Shown piece by piece: positions 20,306 through 30,648 of a stretch of DNA of 64,000 nucleotides. Both the position numbers and the translations under genes were made by a program. Location of the stretch: contig OZ244744.1 of assembly GCA_965219455.1 (NCBI GenBank), positions 3,200,001 to 3,264,000 of the forward strand, given 5' to 3'. This DNA is from Candidatus Latescibacterota bacterium (GTDB taxonomy: Bacteria; Latescibacterota; UBA2968; GCA-2709665). Each line of letters begins with the position of its first letter. The stretch's first letter is position 1. The notes beneath the pieces were generated by a model that was given only the letters and a program-made list of their open reading frames with translations, was not told the DNA's origin and did not search any database.

Positions 20306-22243
20306 TCAGGAGGCCACCGGCTCCCGCGCTTCGGGTGCGGCAATGATCTTTCGAATGGTATCCTCTTCCGAACCGCAGCACCCGTTACCCTTCTGGCTGT
20401 CGTCTATGACAGGAAGCTCGAGTTCGCCGTTTTCCGCCTCCCGGACTCGCAGCGTATGGTCCGCCTCCGGCAGCGGCATGTCGCGGTTGCCCGCGTAGAT
20501 GGGGTGCCGGCCTCTGGTTTTGAACCAATCGGCCGTTGAGGCGGTCACATGCATATTCTCTATAATCTGACGCCAGCCGACCCCCGTGTTATACGCGCAG
20601 AAGGAGATCTCGCCTTCCTGGGTGCCGTACGGGATCACGCACATTTCCGTTCGTCGGAAATCGTAGGTCCACAGGTCCTGGAACCACATCCCGCCTACCC
20701 ACATAATGCGCCACTGCCTGTCGGCGGGCCTCGGACCGCCGCTGATGGAACCACCCACCCTGCGGTCCAGAATCCGCGCAAGATCCTGAAGGCCAAACCC
20801 GGCCGGCGCCTTCCTGTCGTCGAAATTCCGAAGCAGCGACATGCCGACCTGCAACTTGATCCATTTGGGGTCCCGCGCGGTATCGGTCATCACTTCGATG
20901 TCCTTCATAAACTGTTCCTGGTTGAAGAACTCGGTGATGGGCGCCCACTGCTTGGTCTTCTCATTCACGATAATATGGGCCGCGGAACCACAGTTGGGGT
21001 GACAGGAGCAGGTCTGACCGCCGAACTCGACGTCCTGCCCCCGCAAGTGGTCGGCAAGCGTGGTAAACAGCGTCCCCGATCCCAGCGGATACCAATCCCG
21101 GTGGACGTCGATTTTCCCCTCGGACCATGTCTGCAGATCGTAAGCGAGATGGGAAATGGTGTAACGCTGCCGGTGGCGCATCTCGTCGGTGATTTCCTCG
21201 TCCCGCCCGGTAAACGACACGGGCTGAAAGGAAATTGAACCGACCTTGTCGCTGTTATCGATGCAGAATTGGAGAATCGGCCCCACCTGGTCGTTGTTGA
21301 TGGTGTTCAGAACCGTCGTGACCGGTGTAATATCGATTCCGGCGCGGGAGAGGTTTTCCATTGCCAGCAACTTGGCGTCGAACAGATTGGAAATGTGCCG
21401 ATGCTGGTTGGCCGCATTCGTTACGCCGTCGAACTGCAGATAGGCCATGTCGAGACCCGCCGCCTTCGCCTCGAACGCAAAATCCGGTTCTTCGGCAAAG
21501 CGCAGCCCGTTGGTCGCGGCCTGCACACACCAATAGCCGACCGCCTTGGCATACCGGCACGCATCGAGAAAATGCGGCGAAATCGTGGGTTCTCCGCCCG
21601 AGAATTGTACCGACATCTGACGGCGTGGTTTAAAGGAAATCGATGCATCCAGGATCCGTTTCACGTCGTCCATTGTCAATTCATGGACATAACCCACCTG
21701 GTTCGCGTCCATAAAACAGGGATTGCACATCATATTGCAGCGGTTGGTCAGGTCGATCGTGAGCACGGCCCCCCGCCCGTACTTTATGCTGGACGTACCG
21801 TGCCGGTGCACGTGCGCGTCTCCCCAGGTGCTGTAATCGCGCCCGGGAAAACGGCCCTCGATAAGACGCGTGAACTCAGGATCGATTGACAACACGTCTT
21901 CGTAGGGGCCGTGGATCGAGCATGTCTTACGCATCAGAATACATCCGTTTTCCTCGAGGATCTGTGCCCTGATCTCTCCGGGATTGCCGTGTACCAGTTC
22001 TCCTATATCCCGCCTGCCTTCAATAATGGCGGTCCGGACCTCCTTCACGCAATCCGGGCATAGCGAATCGGTTTCGCGTGGAAAACCCAGTGTCGGCATC
22101 GATCGCTGATAACTCTTCAGCAGGGGCGCCGAGGCCCAGGCAGGTTGGAATGGCTGACCCTCGGGGAGGCTTGTATTCACGCTCTGGAAGACATTCCAGG
22201 CGACGTTGGCAGCCCCTGAAACGACGCGGTCACGAAAACTCAT
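20306..22243 (-). CDS. Radical SAM protein, tetraether synthase (Tes/GDGT-MAS, MJ0619 family) homolog
   Basis: TDSLCPDC...RKTCSIHG metal site, IDLTNRCNMMCNPCF, QFSGGEPT, ATNG, YLQFDG, FQPVSFTGR, HPNCG, MWFQD, FCAYN. Confidence 0.85.
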   Translation of the reverse strand: MSFRDRVVSGAANVAWNVFQSVNTSLPEGQPFQPAWASAPLLKSYQRSMPTLGFPRETDSLCPDCVKEVRTAIIEGRRDIGELVHGNPGEIRAQILEENGCILMRKTCSIHGPYEDVLSIDPEFTRLIEGRFPGRDYSTWGDAHVHRHGTSSIKYGRGAVLTIDLTNRCNMMCNPCFMDANQVGYVHELTMDDVKRILDASISFKPRRQMSVQFSGGEPTISPHFLDACRYAKAVGYWCVQAATNGLRFAEEPDFAFEAKAAGLDMAYLQFDGVTNAANQHRHISNLFDAKLLAMENLSRAGIDITPVTTVLNTINNDQVGPILQFCIDNSDKVGSISFQPVSFTGRDEEITDEMRHRQRYTISHLAYDLQTWSEGKIDVHRDWYPLGSGTLFTTLADHLRGQDVEFGGQTCSCHPNCGSAAHIIVNEKTKQWAPITEFFNQEQFMKDIEVMTDTARDPKWIKLQVGMSLLRNFDDRKAPAGFGLQDLARILDRRVGGSISGGPRPADRQWRIMWVGGMWFQDLWTYDFRRTEMCVIPYGTQEGEISFCAYNTGVGWRQIIENMHVTASTADWFKTRGRHPIYAGNRDMPLPEADHTLRVREAENGELELPVIDDSQKGNGCCGSEEDTIRKIIAAPEAREPVAS

Positions 22244-22400
22244 CTGCAGATCCCTTCATTTATATGCCACAACGACCCGATTGCCGCACTATGGAACGTA
22301 AGTTTACGCCGGAACAGCGAATTAATAAACCTCTTCAGGAGTGAGACAGTAAGGAATATAAACAAAAACGAGGGACCGTCAAGCGCTTCCTGTTCGCTTG

Positions 22401-23180
22401 TTACACTCGTTGTTGCAGAATTCGTTTCATGTTTTCTCCGAAAATCCTCGTACGCTCCCGCGCCGTAATCTCGGCGCCCAGCACCTTGCCCACCCCGGCC
22501 TCCATTGCCACGTCCGTCGCAAACAGCACGCGATCCGCTCCCAGTTGGCGCACCGCCATCTCGACAAATCCGTCGTCGTTCAGGCTCCCGCTCGTATCCA
22601 CGTACACGTTGGAGACCTTCCGAAGCGTCTTGATCGCCCACTCCCAGTCTCCCACGATCGGATGCCCCTCTATGATGGTGGCTTCCGGGTACAGTCGCGC
22701 GAGCCGCGCAAAATCCCCGCTGTCGGAACGATTCGTCTGCCACGGCCTGCCGGCCACCGGCGCCTGTTTTCCCCCGTGGTGCAGAATTGGCACCCCCAGA
22801 TCGATGCACCGTTCCACAATTGGCAACACCAGGGGATCCCAGCACTTGGATTGATTGTAGAGCTTCACGCCCATCATTCCGTGGTTCAGAATACACCGAT
22901 CGATTTCGACCAGGGCCTCAGTTGGAAACCGGGGGTCCAGAAACACATATCCCAGAATACGCCCGGGAAACCTCCGCATGGCGTACAGGACGCTATCGTT
23001 CACCTCGCGCATTCCGTCCGTCCGGGCGGTATTCAAACCCTGAATCGGTATCGAACAGCAAAGCTGGTCGATCTCCAGCCGATCGGCCGCCTCGATCACC
23101 ACCCGGTCGTCGTTCCATTTGCCCCGCCAGCCCACGGACGCCAGATTACCGGCGACGTGCATATGCGCGTCGATCCGCAT
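22401..23180 (-). CDS. Amidohydrolase_2 family metal-dependent hydrolase
   Basis: IDAHMH, GVKLY, PILHH, EGH, VLFATD. Confidence 0.88.
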   Translation of the reverse strand: MRIDAHMHVAGNLASVGWRGKWNDDRVVIEAADRLEIDQLCCSIPIQGLNTARTDGMREVNDSVLYAMRRFPGRILGYVFLDPRFPTEALVEIDRCILNHGMMGVKLYNQSKCWDPLVLPIVERCIDLGVPILHHGGKQAPVAGRPWQTNRSDSGDFARLARLYPEATIIEGHPIVGDWEWAIKTLRKVSNVYVDTSGSLNDDGFVEMAVRQLGADRVLFATDVAMEAGVGKVLGAEITARERTRIFGENMKRILQQRV

Positions 23181-23402
23181 GTCCACCGCTCCTATTCAGA
23201 AGTCCCTGCTCCAAAACCTTGACGCTCCGATTTTCAATACCTATAATGCCTCTCTAGGATTGGTTTATCAAGTGGATTCGACGCGTTTACAGTTTCAACC
23301 GAGATAACATGATTGCCGGGGATGCAACCCCGGAACACCCGGACGCGGGTGCGGCATGGCGGTTGCAAATGCGCCTCCGCGCGCCAGAACAGGAGATTCC
23401 TC

Positions 23403-24305
23403 ATGCGCCGTTTTACCCGAGAACCTTATTTGACAGGGTCCGAAACCTCCGAACGAGGCCAGGTTCGAGGCACGATTGAACTCGGCGAAACGCTCGTCAT
23501 CGAGACGCCCGGCGGCGCCGACGGCGACCTCAAGCCGGGCGTGATTCCGGAAACCACAACACCGCGCGGCTCACGCCAGGGAGGTCCGTTTCTGATCGAC
23601 GGCATCGAACCCGGCGACTGGGTTTCCATTGAAGTTATCGATATTGAGGTGGGTCCCTACGGCTATTACAACAACGGCGGACCGTTTCGAGGCAGCCTGC
23701 GTTCCGTCGCTCCGGTCAAAGACGGCCTCCTGCACTTCCCCCCGGACTTCGTGGTCCCCGTCCGCCCCATGATCGGCGTCATCCAACTGGCGCCGGTCTC
23801 CGAACACACGGGACCGTGGAACCACGGCGGCAATATGGACTACAACACCATCTGTCCAGGCAGCACCGTACATATCCGGTCTCAGCGATACGGCGGTCAC
23901 TTCTACGTGGGCGACGTCCACGCCCGCATGGGCGACGGCGAACTCACCGCCACCGGCGTTGAAATCGACTCCGCGCTCACGCTGCGCTTCGACCGGTCCC
24001 CCGGCTTTCCCACCGGCGGTCCCGTTGTGGAAACCCCCGACGAAATCCTCACCAGCGGCATGGGCGCAAACTGGGAAGAGGCGCTGAAAATCGCCTGGAG
24101 CGACATGGTCGGCCTTATCGCCGACCGTTACGACACCACCGTGGAACACGCCAACCTCATCGTGGGTACCATTGGCGACGCGCGGCCGGGGTACGCCGCC
24201 GGGCAACTGAACACGCAGGGTTTCCGTAGAGAAAACGCCTACGTCACCTGCCAGATCGGCATCACGAAAGACCTGAAAAGAACCGGCCGACCTTTCCAGC
24301 CGTAG
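23403..24305 (+). CDS. Acetamidase/formamidase family protein
   Basis: PMIGVI, HGGNMD, GDVHARMGDGE; AGGAG RBS before the ATG at 23403. Confidence 0.88.
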   Translation: MRRFTREPYLTGSETSERGQVRGTIELGETLVIETPGGADGDLKPGVIPETTTPRGSRQGGPFLIDGIEPGDWVSIEVIDIEVGPYGYYNNGGPFRGSLRSVAPVKDGLLHFPPDFVVPVRPMIGVIQLAPVSEHTGPWNHGGNMDYNTICPGSTVHIRSQRYGGHFYVGDVHARMGDGELTATGVEIDSALTLRFDRSPGFPTGGPVVETPDEILTSGMGANWEEALKIAWSDMVGLIADRYDTTVEHANLIVGTIGDARPGYAAGQLNTQGFRRENAYVTCQIGITKDLKRTGRPFQP

Positions 24306-24408
24306 ACCGGCGGGTACTTCCGGTTGCCACCACCGTGGGTATCATATCGTCATACGGTATGCTCGCGCCCCGGCAGATGGCGCGTTTTCGTCTACCAGAG
24401 GAGACCTC

Positions 24409-26565
24409 ATGTTCCATCACGACGAATTCCCCGACAAAATCGTTCACATCTCGGATGCGTCTTTCTTCGAAGCCCTGGTTCCGGACCTCCCCGGGCTCGA
24501 TGGGGTCCGGATTGGCGCGGATCCGAGACGTTACGACGAGGCATTCGACGCCTGGTGGCGGTATTTTCTGTCCCGTACGAAACCGGTCAATCCTCACGCG
24601 CATTCCCTGGACGAACTCAGGCCGAGAGTCGCGGTAAACCGGGACCTGGCCGACACCATCCTCAGCGGAGGACGCCGGCAATTCGGCCAGGTCGAAATCG
24701 ACTTCGCCGGGCCGATTGCGTTTAACGCCTGGTTCGGCGACCAGTCCAAATACGGCTTCCACTACCTCGGCTGGATGGATTGCCTGACGAGGGCCGCCCT
24801 GGACACGGGCGATGCGCGGTACATCGAGGCCTACCTGGAAATCATCGGACAATGGTACGCCGTCCGACACGAAATCAAAGGCGCCCGTCGGATGCATCCG
24901 GTCTTCTACGAACGGGGACTCTCCGTAAGAAGCCACCGATTCGTGAATTTCCTTTACGCCGTCAAGCTTTTGGAAATGGGCCACCTGCTTTCCCCGGACC
25001 ATATCCGCCTGTTCTTCAAGTCACTTCTGGGCGCGGGCCGCTGGCTGACGCTGGAACAGAACGCAACAGGCTACCGGACCGGAAACTGGCAGGTGCATGG
25101 CATTTCGGCTATGCTCCTCATTGGTTTTCTTCTACCTGAATTCCGTGAATCCGACGCCTTCCGTACCGTCGGCGCGCACTACCTCGAGCAGCACATGGAG
25201 AATGATTATTACGCGGACGGCGGCCACAGCGAACGTTGCTATTCCTACGGAAGCGGCTGCCTGCGCCACCTGGAAGAGGCCACCCTCCTGGCCGAGGCCA
25301 ACCCGGACCTCCTCCCGCCTCAGACCCTGGATTGGCGGGAGCGAACCTCAAATGCCTACGCGTGGTTCCTCAAGATGGCCGGACCAGGGGGCGAACTGCC
25401 TGGAATAAACGACGGCGGCTTCATGGACGGGACGGAACTCCTGAAACAGGCCGGCGGCTTCACCGGAGACGCCGCGTATCTGTGGCCCATTCGCCACAAA
25501 CGGGACGCGATCGATCCCGCACCCCGCAAACCCGATTTTGAGAGCCTGCGACTGGAATCCAGCGAATTCTGCGTGATGCGCTCCGGTTGGGAGCCGGAGG
25601 ACACCTTCATGCTCGTCAACCACGGACAATGGCCCGGCGGGCACAGTCATATGGGCATTCTGGACATCAACCTCTACGCCCGCGGTATCCCCCTTGTCGC
25701 CGAAGTCTCCCGTTTCGGGCCCTACGATGCCCCCTGGGATATGTATTTCCGTTCCGAACAGGCGCACAACCACGTCGTCATCGAAGGGGCCCCTTCCGCC
25801 CGGCCTGAGATACGCGGCGAACACATACAGTTCGGCAGCACCGCATCCTGGGACTTTTTCTCCGGCCGGCACCGCGCGTACGAAGCCAGCGCGGGGGTCG
25901 TGATCGAACGCAGAATTCTGTTTTTCAAACCATGGGGCTTTCTCGTCTCGGACGCCGTCGCGTGTACCCATCGTCGGAGAAGCGCGCTCTGGTATCTCCA
26001 CAGCGTCTTTCCCTTCGCCATAAACGGTACCGCCGCCGTTGCCGAAGGCGACGATGCCGGCCTCCTCGTTGCGCCCGCGAACCCCAGGCAGCTCAAATAT
26101 GCGTTCAATGGCATCGACTACCTGGAGGAAATGGTGCGGGAAATCCCTGTATATTCCGGCGATGCGTCCTCCACGCCGTGGCCGGACCGTTATTTCATCG
26201 CCCTTCGAGGTTGGGGTGTCGAGCAGCCTATCACCCCATTCGACATTCTCCTTATGCCATATAAAGGCGCGCGCCCTGAGGCCACGGTCACGGCGCTCGA
26301 GTGTCAGGTCGATGGCAGCGCCGAATCTCCCATTCTGCCTCGCGCGCTGCAAGTTACCGCCGGGGAACATCACCATCTCGTGTTTCACGGCACCCCCGGC
26401 GTCACCGTCGCCGTTAACGACATTTCCTTCTCGGGACATACAGCCGCTATCGAATACCGGAACGGCCGTCCCGTGAATGCCTTCGTTCACGGCGGGAGAC
26501 ACCTGACGGTGAATGGCAGAGAAATCGCCATCTCAGGTGCGCCGACCCAGGAAATCGAACTCTGA
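24409..26565 (+). CDS. Heparinase II/III-like lyase family protein
   Basis: GNW, DGGHSE, MRSGW, GGHSH and AHN motifs; no evident signal peptide. Confidence 0.82.
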   Translation: MFHHDEFPDKIVHISDASFFEALVPDLPGLDGVRIGADPRRYDEAFDAWWRYFLSRTKPVNPHAHSLDELRPRVAVNRDLADTILSGGRRQFGQVEIDFAGPIAFNAWFGDQSKYGFHYLGWMDCLTRAALDTGDARYIEAYLEIIGQWYAVRHEIKGARRMHPVFYERGLSVRSHRFVNFLYAVKLLEMGHLLSPDHIRLFFKSLLGAGRWLTLEQNATGYRTGNWQVHGISAMLLIGFLLPEFRESDAFRTVGAHYLEQHMENDYYADGGHSERCYSYGSGCLRHLEEATLLAEANPDLLPPQTLDWRERTSNAYAWFLKMAGPGGELPGINDGGFMDGTELLKQAGGFTGDAAYLWPIRHKRDAIDPAPRKPDFESLRLESSEFCVMRSGWEPEDTFMLVNHGQWPGGHSHMGILDINLYARGIPLVAEVSRFGPYDAPWDMYFRSEQAHNHVVIEGAPSARPEIRGEHIQFGSTASWDFFSGRHRAYEASAGVVIERRILFFKPWGFLVSDAVACTHRRRSALWYLHSVFPFAINGTAAVAEGDDAGLLVAPANPRQLKYAFNGIDYLEEMVREIPVYSGDASSTPWPDRYFIALRGWGVEQPITPFDILLMPYKGARPEATVTALECQVDGSAESPILPRALQVTAGEHHHLVFHGTPGVTVAVNDISFSGHTAAIEYRNGRPVNAFVHGGRHLTVNGREIAISGAPTQEIEL

Positions 26566-26634
26566 TGCAGGACTGAGTCCTGGCACACGTCGAAGCAACC
26601 GTGTCTCACCACCCCCAAACTTCCCTATTTCCTT

Positions 26635-26720
26635 GCCCTTTTTCTTGCTTCGCCCAAGAAAAAGGGCGAAAAAGAAGGGCGCCGCTCGGCGCGGGGCCGG
26701 TTTTTCCGTGAATCACCTCA
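26635..26720 (+). repeat. Dispersed ~90-bp hairpin repeat, copy B
   Basis: gccctttttcttg-cttcgcc-caagaaaaagggc plus gaaaaagaagggcgccgctc; matches 13007-13095 in reverse. Confidence 0.85.
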
Positions 26721-26752
26721 GGGGCACAAATGGGAATTCGGTGCCCTACTAG

Positions 26753-28636
26753 CCCTAAAATAAGCGAGTATCGTGTGCGCCACAGTGATTTGTGTTTGTG
26801 TTGAGGCGTTGGTGTCGATTTATATGGAATTGGCGTTTTGGATGGTTTTTAGGGCCGTGTTTGTCGTGGTCGCTATGGTAAATTGAGTATCCGAAGTGGC
26901 GTTGAGACGCGTGGTGGACACACCGGTCCGTTGAGGGGTGTGGGGATGGCGCCGCGTTTGTGTGTCATCGGTGGTGCTGCATTGGTGTTATCCAAATCCG
27001 GTGCGTTCAATGATACGCCAGGTGCTGAAGAGGCGATCGAGGGTGGGTTGATAGCCGATGAGCCGTAACGTGGTGGTGCGCGCGCGTTGGATGACGTGGC
27101 AGGGAATCAAGATAATGCTGTGGATGAAGCGCCGGAATTCCATGCAGACGTACTGCTGTCGATCACGGTGTCTGTGCATCATCATGGCAAACCAGGATTT
27201 GAGGTTCCAGGCCAGGGCGGCGATGACCATATAGGCCCAGTTGCTGACCAGGTCATACAGGGGCACGCGCAAGGCGTTGACGCCGTTTTTGAGTTGCTCG
27301 ATGACGTTCTCCTGATCGCAGCGTTGGTTGGCGCAGGCGACGATCTCTTGGGGGGTCACGTCCGTGCGTGTCGTGATATAGAAGAAATAACGGCATTCGT
27401 CGAACAGGACAAGGTCGCCCTTCATTTTGCTGATGTTCTTGCGCAGGACCACGACGCGATACCCACGTTTACAGCGCGTGGGTTGGTAGTTGAACTCGGC
27501 CACGTGTTCGTGGTTCAGCACCAGGTTGGCGTAGGCCCGCTTGTGGACGATGCGCTGTTTCTCGTGGGGCTGATTGCGCTTCCGCTTCTGGTCGGTCACG
27601 GTGTGATAACGGGGTTTGCGTTGCAGGGGCTGCCATTGTGCCTCGTCGAGGGCCTCGGCACGGGAACGCATCGCCGCGTTGGCGTCCATCCCGAAGATGA
27701 AGTCGACGCTTTTGGCCCAGCGATCAAGATGTCGAGTCAAGAAAAAGTCGGTGTCGCCACGCACACAGATGCGCTTGGCGTGGGGCTGCACCAGGTCGAT
27801 GGCCGCGTCGATCCACTGTGCCGCACCGGTGTGGCTGGGCACATTCCCCGGTCGGTTGACCAGGAAGAGCACTTCCTTCGTGTTGGAAAGTGAGATCACC
27901 AGCGGATGGTAGCCCCAGATGCCCTGGTAAGAGATGTCCATACCCCTCTTGCGCTTGCCATACGTGGGCACGTTTGTGCCGTCCACATCGATATAGGTGA
28001 TGTCACCAAGCAATTTGCGGCCACGCGATGCCCACAAGGAGGATCGCACCGCGTTGATGCACGCCATCAGTTCGACGATGTCCCGTTCCGAGAAGCGTCG
28101 GCAAAAGTCACCCGCCGTGGTCGGATCGGGAATCAACTTGGCGCCCAGGGCATTCATGTAGGCCCCGTCACTTCGCAAACGCTCGATATCCTCCAGGCGC
28201 GTGCCGCCGCATAACACGTTGTATGTGATGTTTAGTACGTGGTCCGACTCATGATAGGGCAGATGCACCTTCAACAAGGACAGTGACGCGTCGATGCGCT
28301 TGGGCAGACCCAGCTTGGTGACCAGGCGATGCACGGCGCCGATGCCTCCGTAACTCATCGCGTCGGTGTAGGCGCCTACCTCGTAGTGCACTTTGCCAGG
28401 ACTGAACATGGGCCGGCGCTGGGCCTGCCAATGCCCCGCTCGACCGTGGCGGGCGGCCACTTTGCGTTTGCGACGAGCACGATTCCTGCGGCTGTCATCA
28501 ACCGATATTCTTTTCACCGGAAAGGTCTCCTGCGTTGGCGTGATGATTTCTAGCACAATCCATCTATCTCCAACAACGGTAGGCCTTTCCGGTCTCTTGG
28601 ACCAGAAAAATTTCACTGGTCACGCTTGTTTAAGGC
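26753..28636 (-). mobile_element. IS1380-family insertion sequence
   Basis: Imperfect terminal inverted repeats (ccctaaaataagcgag vs gccttaaacaagcgtg, 12/16), flanked by CTAG at 26749-26752 and 28637-28640. Confidence 0.82.
26988..28517 (-). CDS. IS1380-family DDE transposase
   Basis: IDVDGT, GYHPL, RPGN, RGDTDF, RCDQENVIEQLK; GTG start with GGAG RBS (ORF stays open to 28616). Confidence 0.92.
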   Translation of the reverse strand: MKRISVDDSRRNRARRKRKVAARHGRAGHWQAQRRPMFSPGKVHYEVGAYTDAMSYGGIGAVHRLVTKLGLPKRIDASLSLLKVHLPYHESDHVLNITYNVLCGGTRLEDIERLRSDGAYMNALGAKLIPDPTTAGDFCRRFSERDIVELMACINAVRSSLWASRGRKLLGDITYIDVDGTNVPTYGKRKRGMDISYQGIWGYHPLVISLSNTKEVLFLVNRPGNVPSHTGAAQWIDAAIDLVQPHAKRICVRGDTDFFLTRHLDRWAKSVDFIFGMDANAAMRSRAEALDEAQWQPLQRKPRYHTVTDQKRKRNQPHEKQRIVHKRAYANLVLNHEHVAEFNYQPTRCKRGYRVVVLRKNISKMKGDLVLFDECRYFFYITTRTDVTPQEIVACANQRCDQENVIEQLKNGVNALRVPLYDLVSNWAYMVIAALAWNLKSWFAMMMHRHRDRQQYVCMEFRRFIHSIILIPCHVIQRARTTTLRLIGYQPTLDRLFSTWRIIERTGFG

Positions 28637-28878
28637 CTAGATACATAACGGGTCCTGCGGTCAAGCGATCATCGAATGGACGAACTGTCGCCTGCCTCAC
28701 GCCCTTTATTGATATCTACCCCCGGGCTCACGATGGCTCGCTGCCGCGTGCTGATTCGATAGCATGCGCCCTCCTCCCGAAGGCGCCTGGTTTTGGAGTT
28801 TTTTGTTGCGTAAAGTTCTATCGTCCCGTATTATTAGTGGTCTGTGTCCCTTTTCAGGATCAACGGCAGGACGGCCCC

Positions 28879-30207
28879 ATGTTCGATCATCTCACCCAAA
28901 AGTTGGAAGGGGTTTTCAAGAAGCTTCGTAGCCGCGGCAGGTTGGCCGAAGCCAATATTGATGAAGCGCTGAGAGACGTGCGCCGTGCGCTTCTGGAGGC
29001 GGACGTCAATTATAAAGTGGCGCGGTCGTTTGTTGCCCGTGTAAAGGAGAGGGCAATCGGGCGGGGGGTGTTGCGAAGCATCACGCCCGGTCAGCAGGTA
29101 GTCAAGGTGGTTCATGACGAGTTGATCCACCTCATGGGAGACGAGCACCAGGAGTTGAATCTGCCCGGACCGGCGCCGAACGTGGTGATGGTTGTCGGTC
29201 TCCAGGGGTCGGGCAAGACAACGCTGTGCGCCAAGCTGGCGCGACTCCAGAAAGGGAAGGGCCGGCGGCCCCTCCTTGTAGCGGCTGATATTTACCGACC
29301 GGCAGCTGTCGACCAGCTTTGCGTACTCGGCGCGTCAATAGACGTGCCGGTTCACCGGGCGGCGGAAGGGACCGATCCGGTGGTGATTTGCGCCGAGGCC
29401 GTGGACGCGGCGCAGACGGACGGGATGGACCCGGTGATTCTGGATACGGCCGGCCGGTTACACGTGGATGATGAGCGGATGGGGGAGTTGGAGCGGATAC
29501 GTGACGCGGTTTCGCCGGGTGAGATTCTGTTTGTCGCGGACGGGATGACCGGGCAGGATGCGGTTTCAGCGGCGACGGCGTTTTACGAGCAACTCAACTT
29601 TACGGGAGTGGTACTTACGCGTCTAGATAGCGATACGCGGGGTGGCGCGGCGCTATCGATCCGTGAAGTCACGGGTGTACCCATCAAATTCGCGGGCGTC
29701 AGCGAAAAGGTGGATGGAATCGAGCCTTTTCATCCGGATCGGATGGCCTCCCGGATTCTGGGTATGGGCGATGTCGTGACGCTGGTGGAGCGGGCACAGG
29801 ACGCAGTGGATGTGAAGCAGGCGCAGAAGCTGGAGAAGAAGCTGCGAAGCGCCGCATTTACATTCGATGACTTTCTGCAGCAGTTGGAACAGGTTCGCAA
29901 GATGGGGCCATTGAACCAGTTAATGGACCTGATCCCCGGGGCGGGGAAGGCAATGAAGGGCCTGCAGGTGGATGAAGATGCGTTTGTGCATACTGAAGCG
30001 ATCATCCTGTCGATGACACGGCAGGAGCGGGCCAGCCCCCAGATCCTGAATGGCAGCAGGCGCCGCCGCATTGCGAAAGGCAGCGGGTGTAACATCCAGG
30101 AGGTCAACAGGCTGATCAAGCAGTTCGGGATGATGCGCAAGATGATGAAACGGATGTCGCGGATGGAGAAGCAGGGCCGCGGCGTGGGTGTGCCGTTTTC
30201 GGGTTGA
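28879..30207 (+). CDS. ffh: Signal recognition particle protein
   Basis: ALLEADV, GLQGSGKTT, DTAGR, RILGMGD, SRRRRIAKGSG. Confidence 0.98.
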   Translation: MFDHLTQKLEGVFKKLRSRGRLAEANIDEALRDVRRALLEADVNYKVARSFVARVKERAIGRGVLRSITPGQQVVKVVHDELIHLMGDEHQELNLPGPAPNVVMVVGLQGSGKTTLCAKLARLQKGKGRRPLLVAADIYRPAAVDQLCVLGASIDVPVHRAAEGTDPVVICAEAVDAAQTDGMDPVILDTAGRLHVDDERMGELERIRDAVSPGEILFVADGMTGQDAVSAATAFYEQLNFTGVVLTRLDSDTRGGAALSIREVTGVPIKFAGVSEKVDGIEPFHPDRMASRILGMGDVVTLVERAQDAVDVKQAQKLEKKLRSAAFTFDDFLQQLEQVRKMGPLNQLMDLIPGAGKAMKGLQVDEDAFVHTEAIILSMTRQERASPQILNGSRRRRIAKGSGCNIQEVNRLIKQFGMMRKMMKRMSRMEKQGRGVGVPFSG

Positions 30208-30348
30208 GGCGGATTTTTTGTCGGCACAGCGACGGCCCGCCGACTGGCAATGCGGTTGGCATCCGACATTCGCGTTCTGAAATTTCGAATCGCTGAACCC
30301 GATGTTGAAATCGTCGAGATGTATGGCATCTAAACAGGAGGATGGATT

Positions 30349-30645
30349 TTGGTAAGGATTCGATTGACCCGAAAGGGCGCCAGGAACGCGCCGTTTTACA
30401 GGGTCGTGGTCGCAGATGGCCGGTTCCCCAGGGACGGTCGGTTCATTGAAAATCTGGGGTACTACGATCCAACCGAGAATCCGCAGGTTGTGCGGTTGAA
30501 CGCTGAACGGACGCGCCACTGGCTGGATTCGGGCGCTGTGCCGTCAGGAACGGTGAAGAGTCTGCTTCGGCAGCAGGGAATTCTGAGACCGGCCAGTATT
30601 TCCGCAGGAGATACGGACGAAACGGACCCTGAAGCCGAGGAATAG
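30349..30645 (+). CDS. rpsP: 30S ribosomal protein S16
   Basis: VRIRL, PFYRVVVAD, RDGRFIENLGYYDP. Confidence 0.97.
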   Translation: MVRIRLTRKGARNAPFYRVVVADGRFPRDGRFIENLGYYDPTENPQVVRLNAERTRHWLDSGAVPSGTVKSLLRQQGILRPASISAGDTDETDPEAEE

Positions 30646-30648
30646 TCC

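Noticed and set aside
28393-28878. Apparent 160-aa N-terminal extension of Ffh
   Set aside because: It runs through the IS end and intergenic DNA; the canonical Ffh start is MFDHL at 28879
28641-28878. SRP RNA next to ffh
   Set aside because: No helix-8 motif (CAGG...GGAA...AGCAG) found
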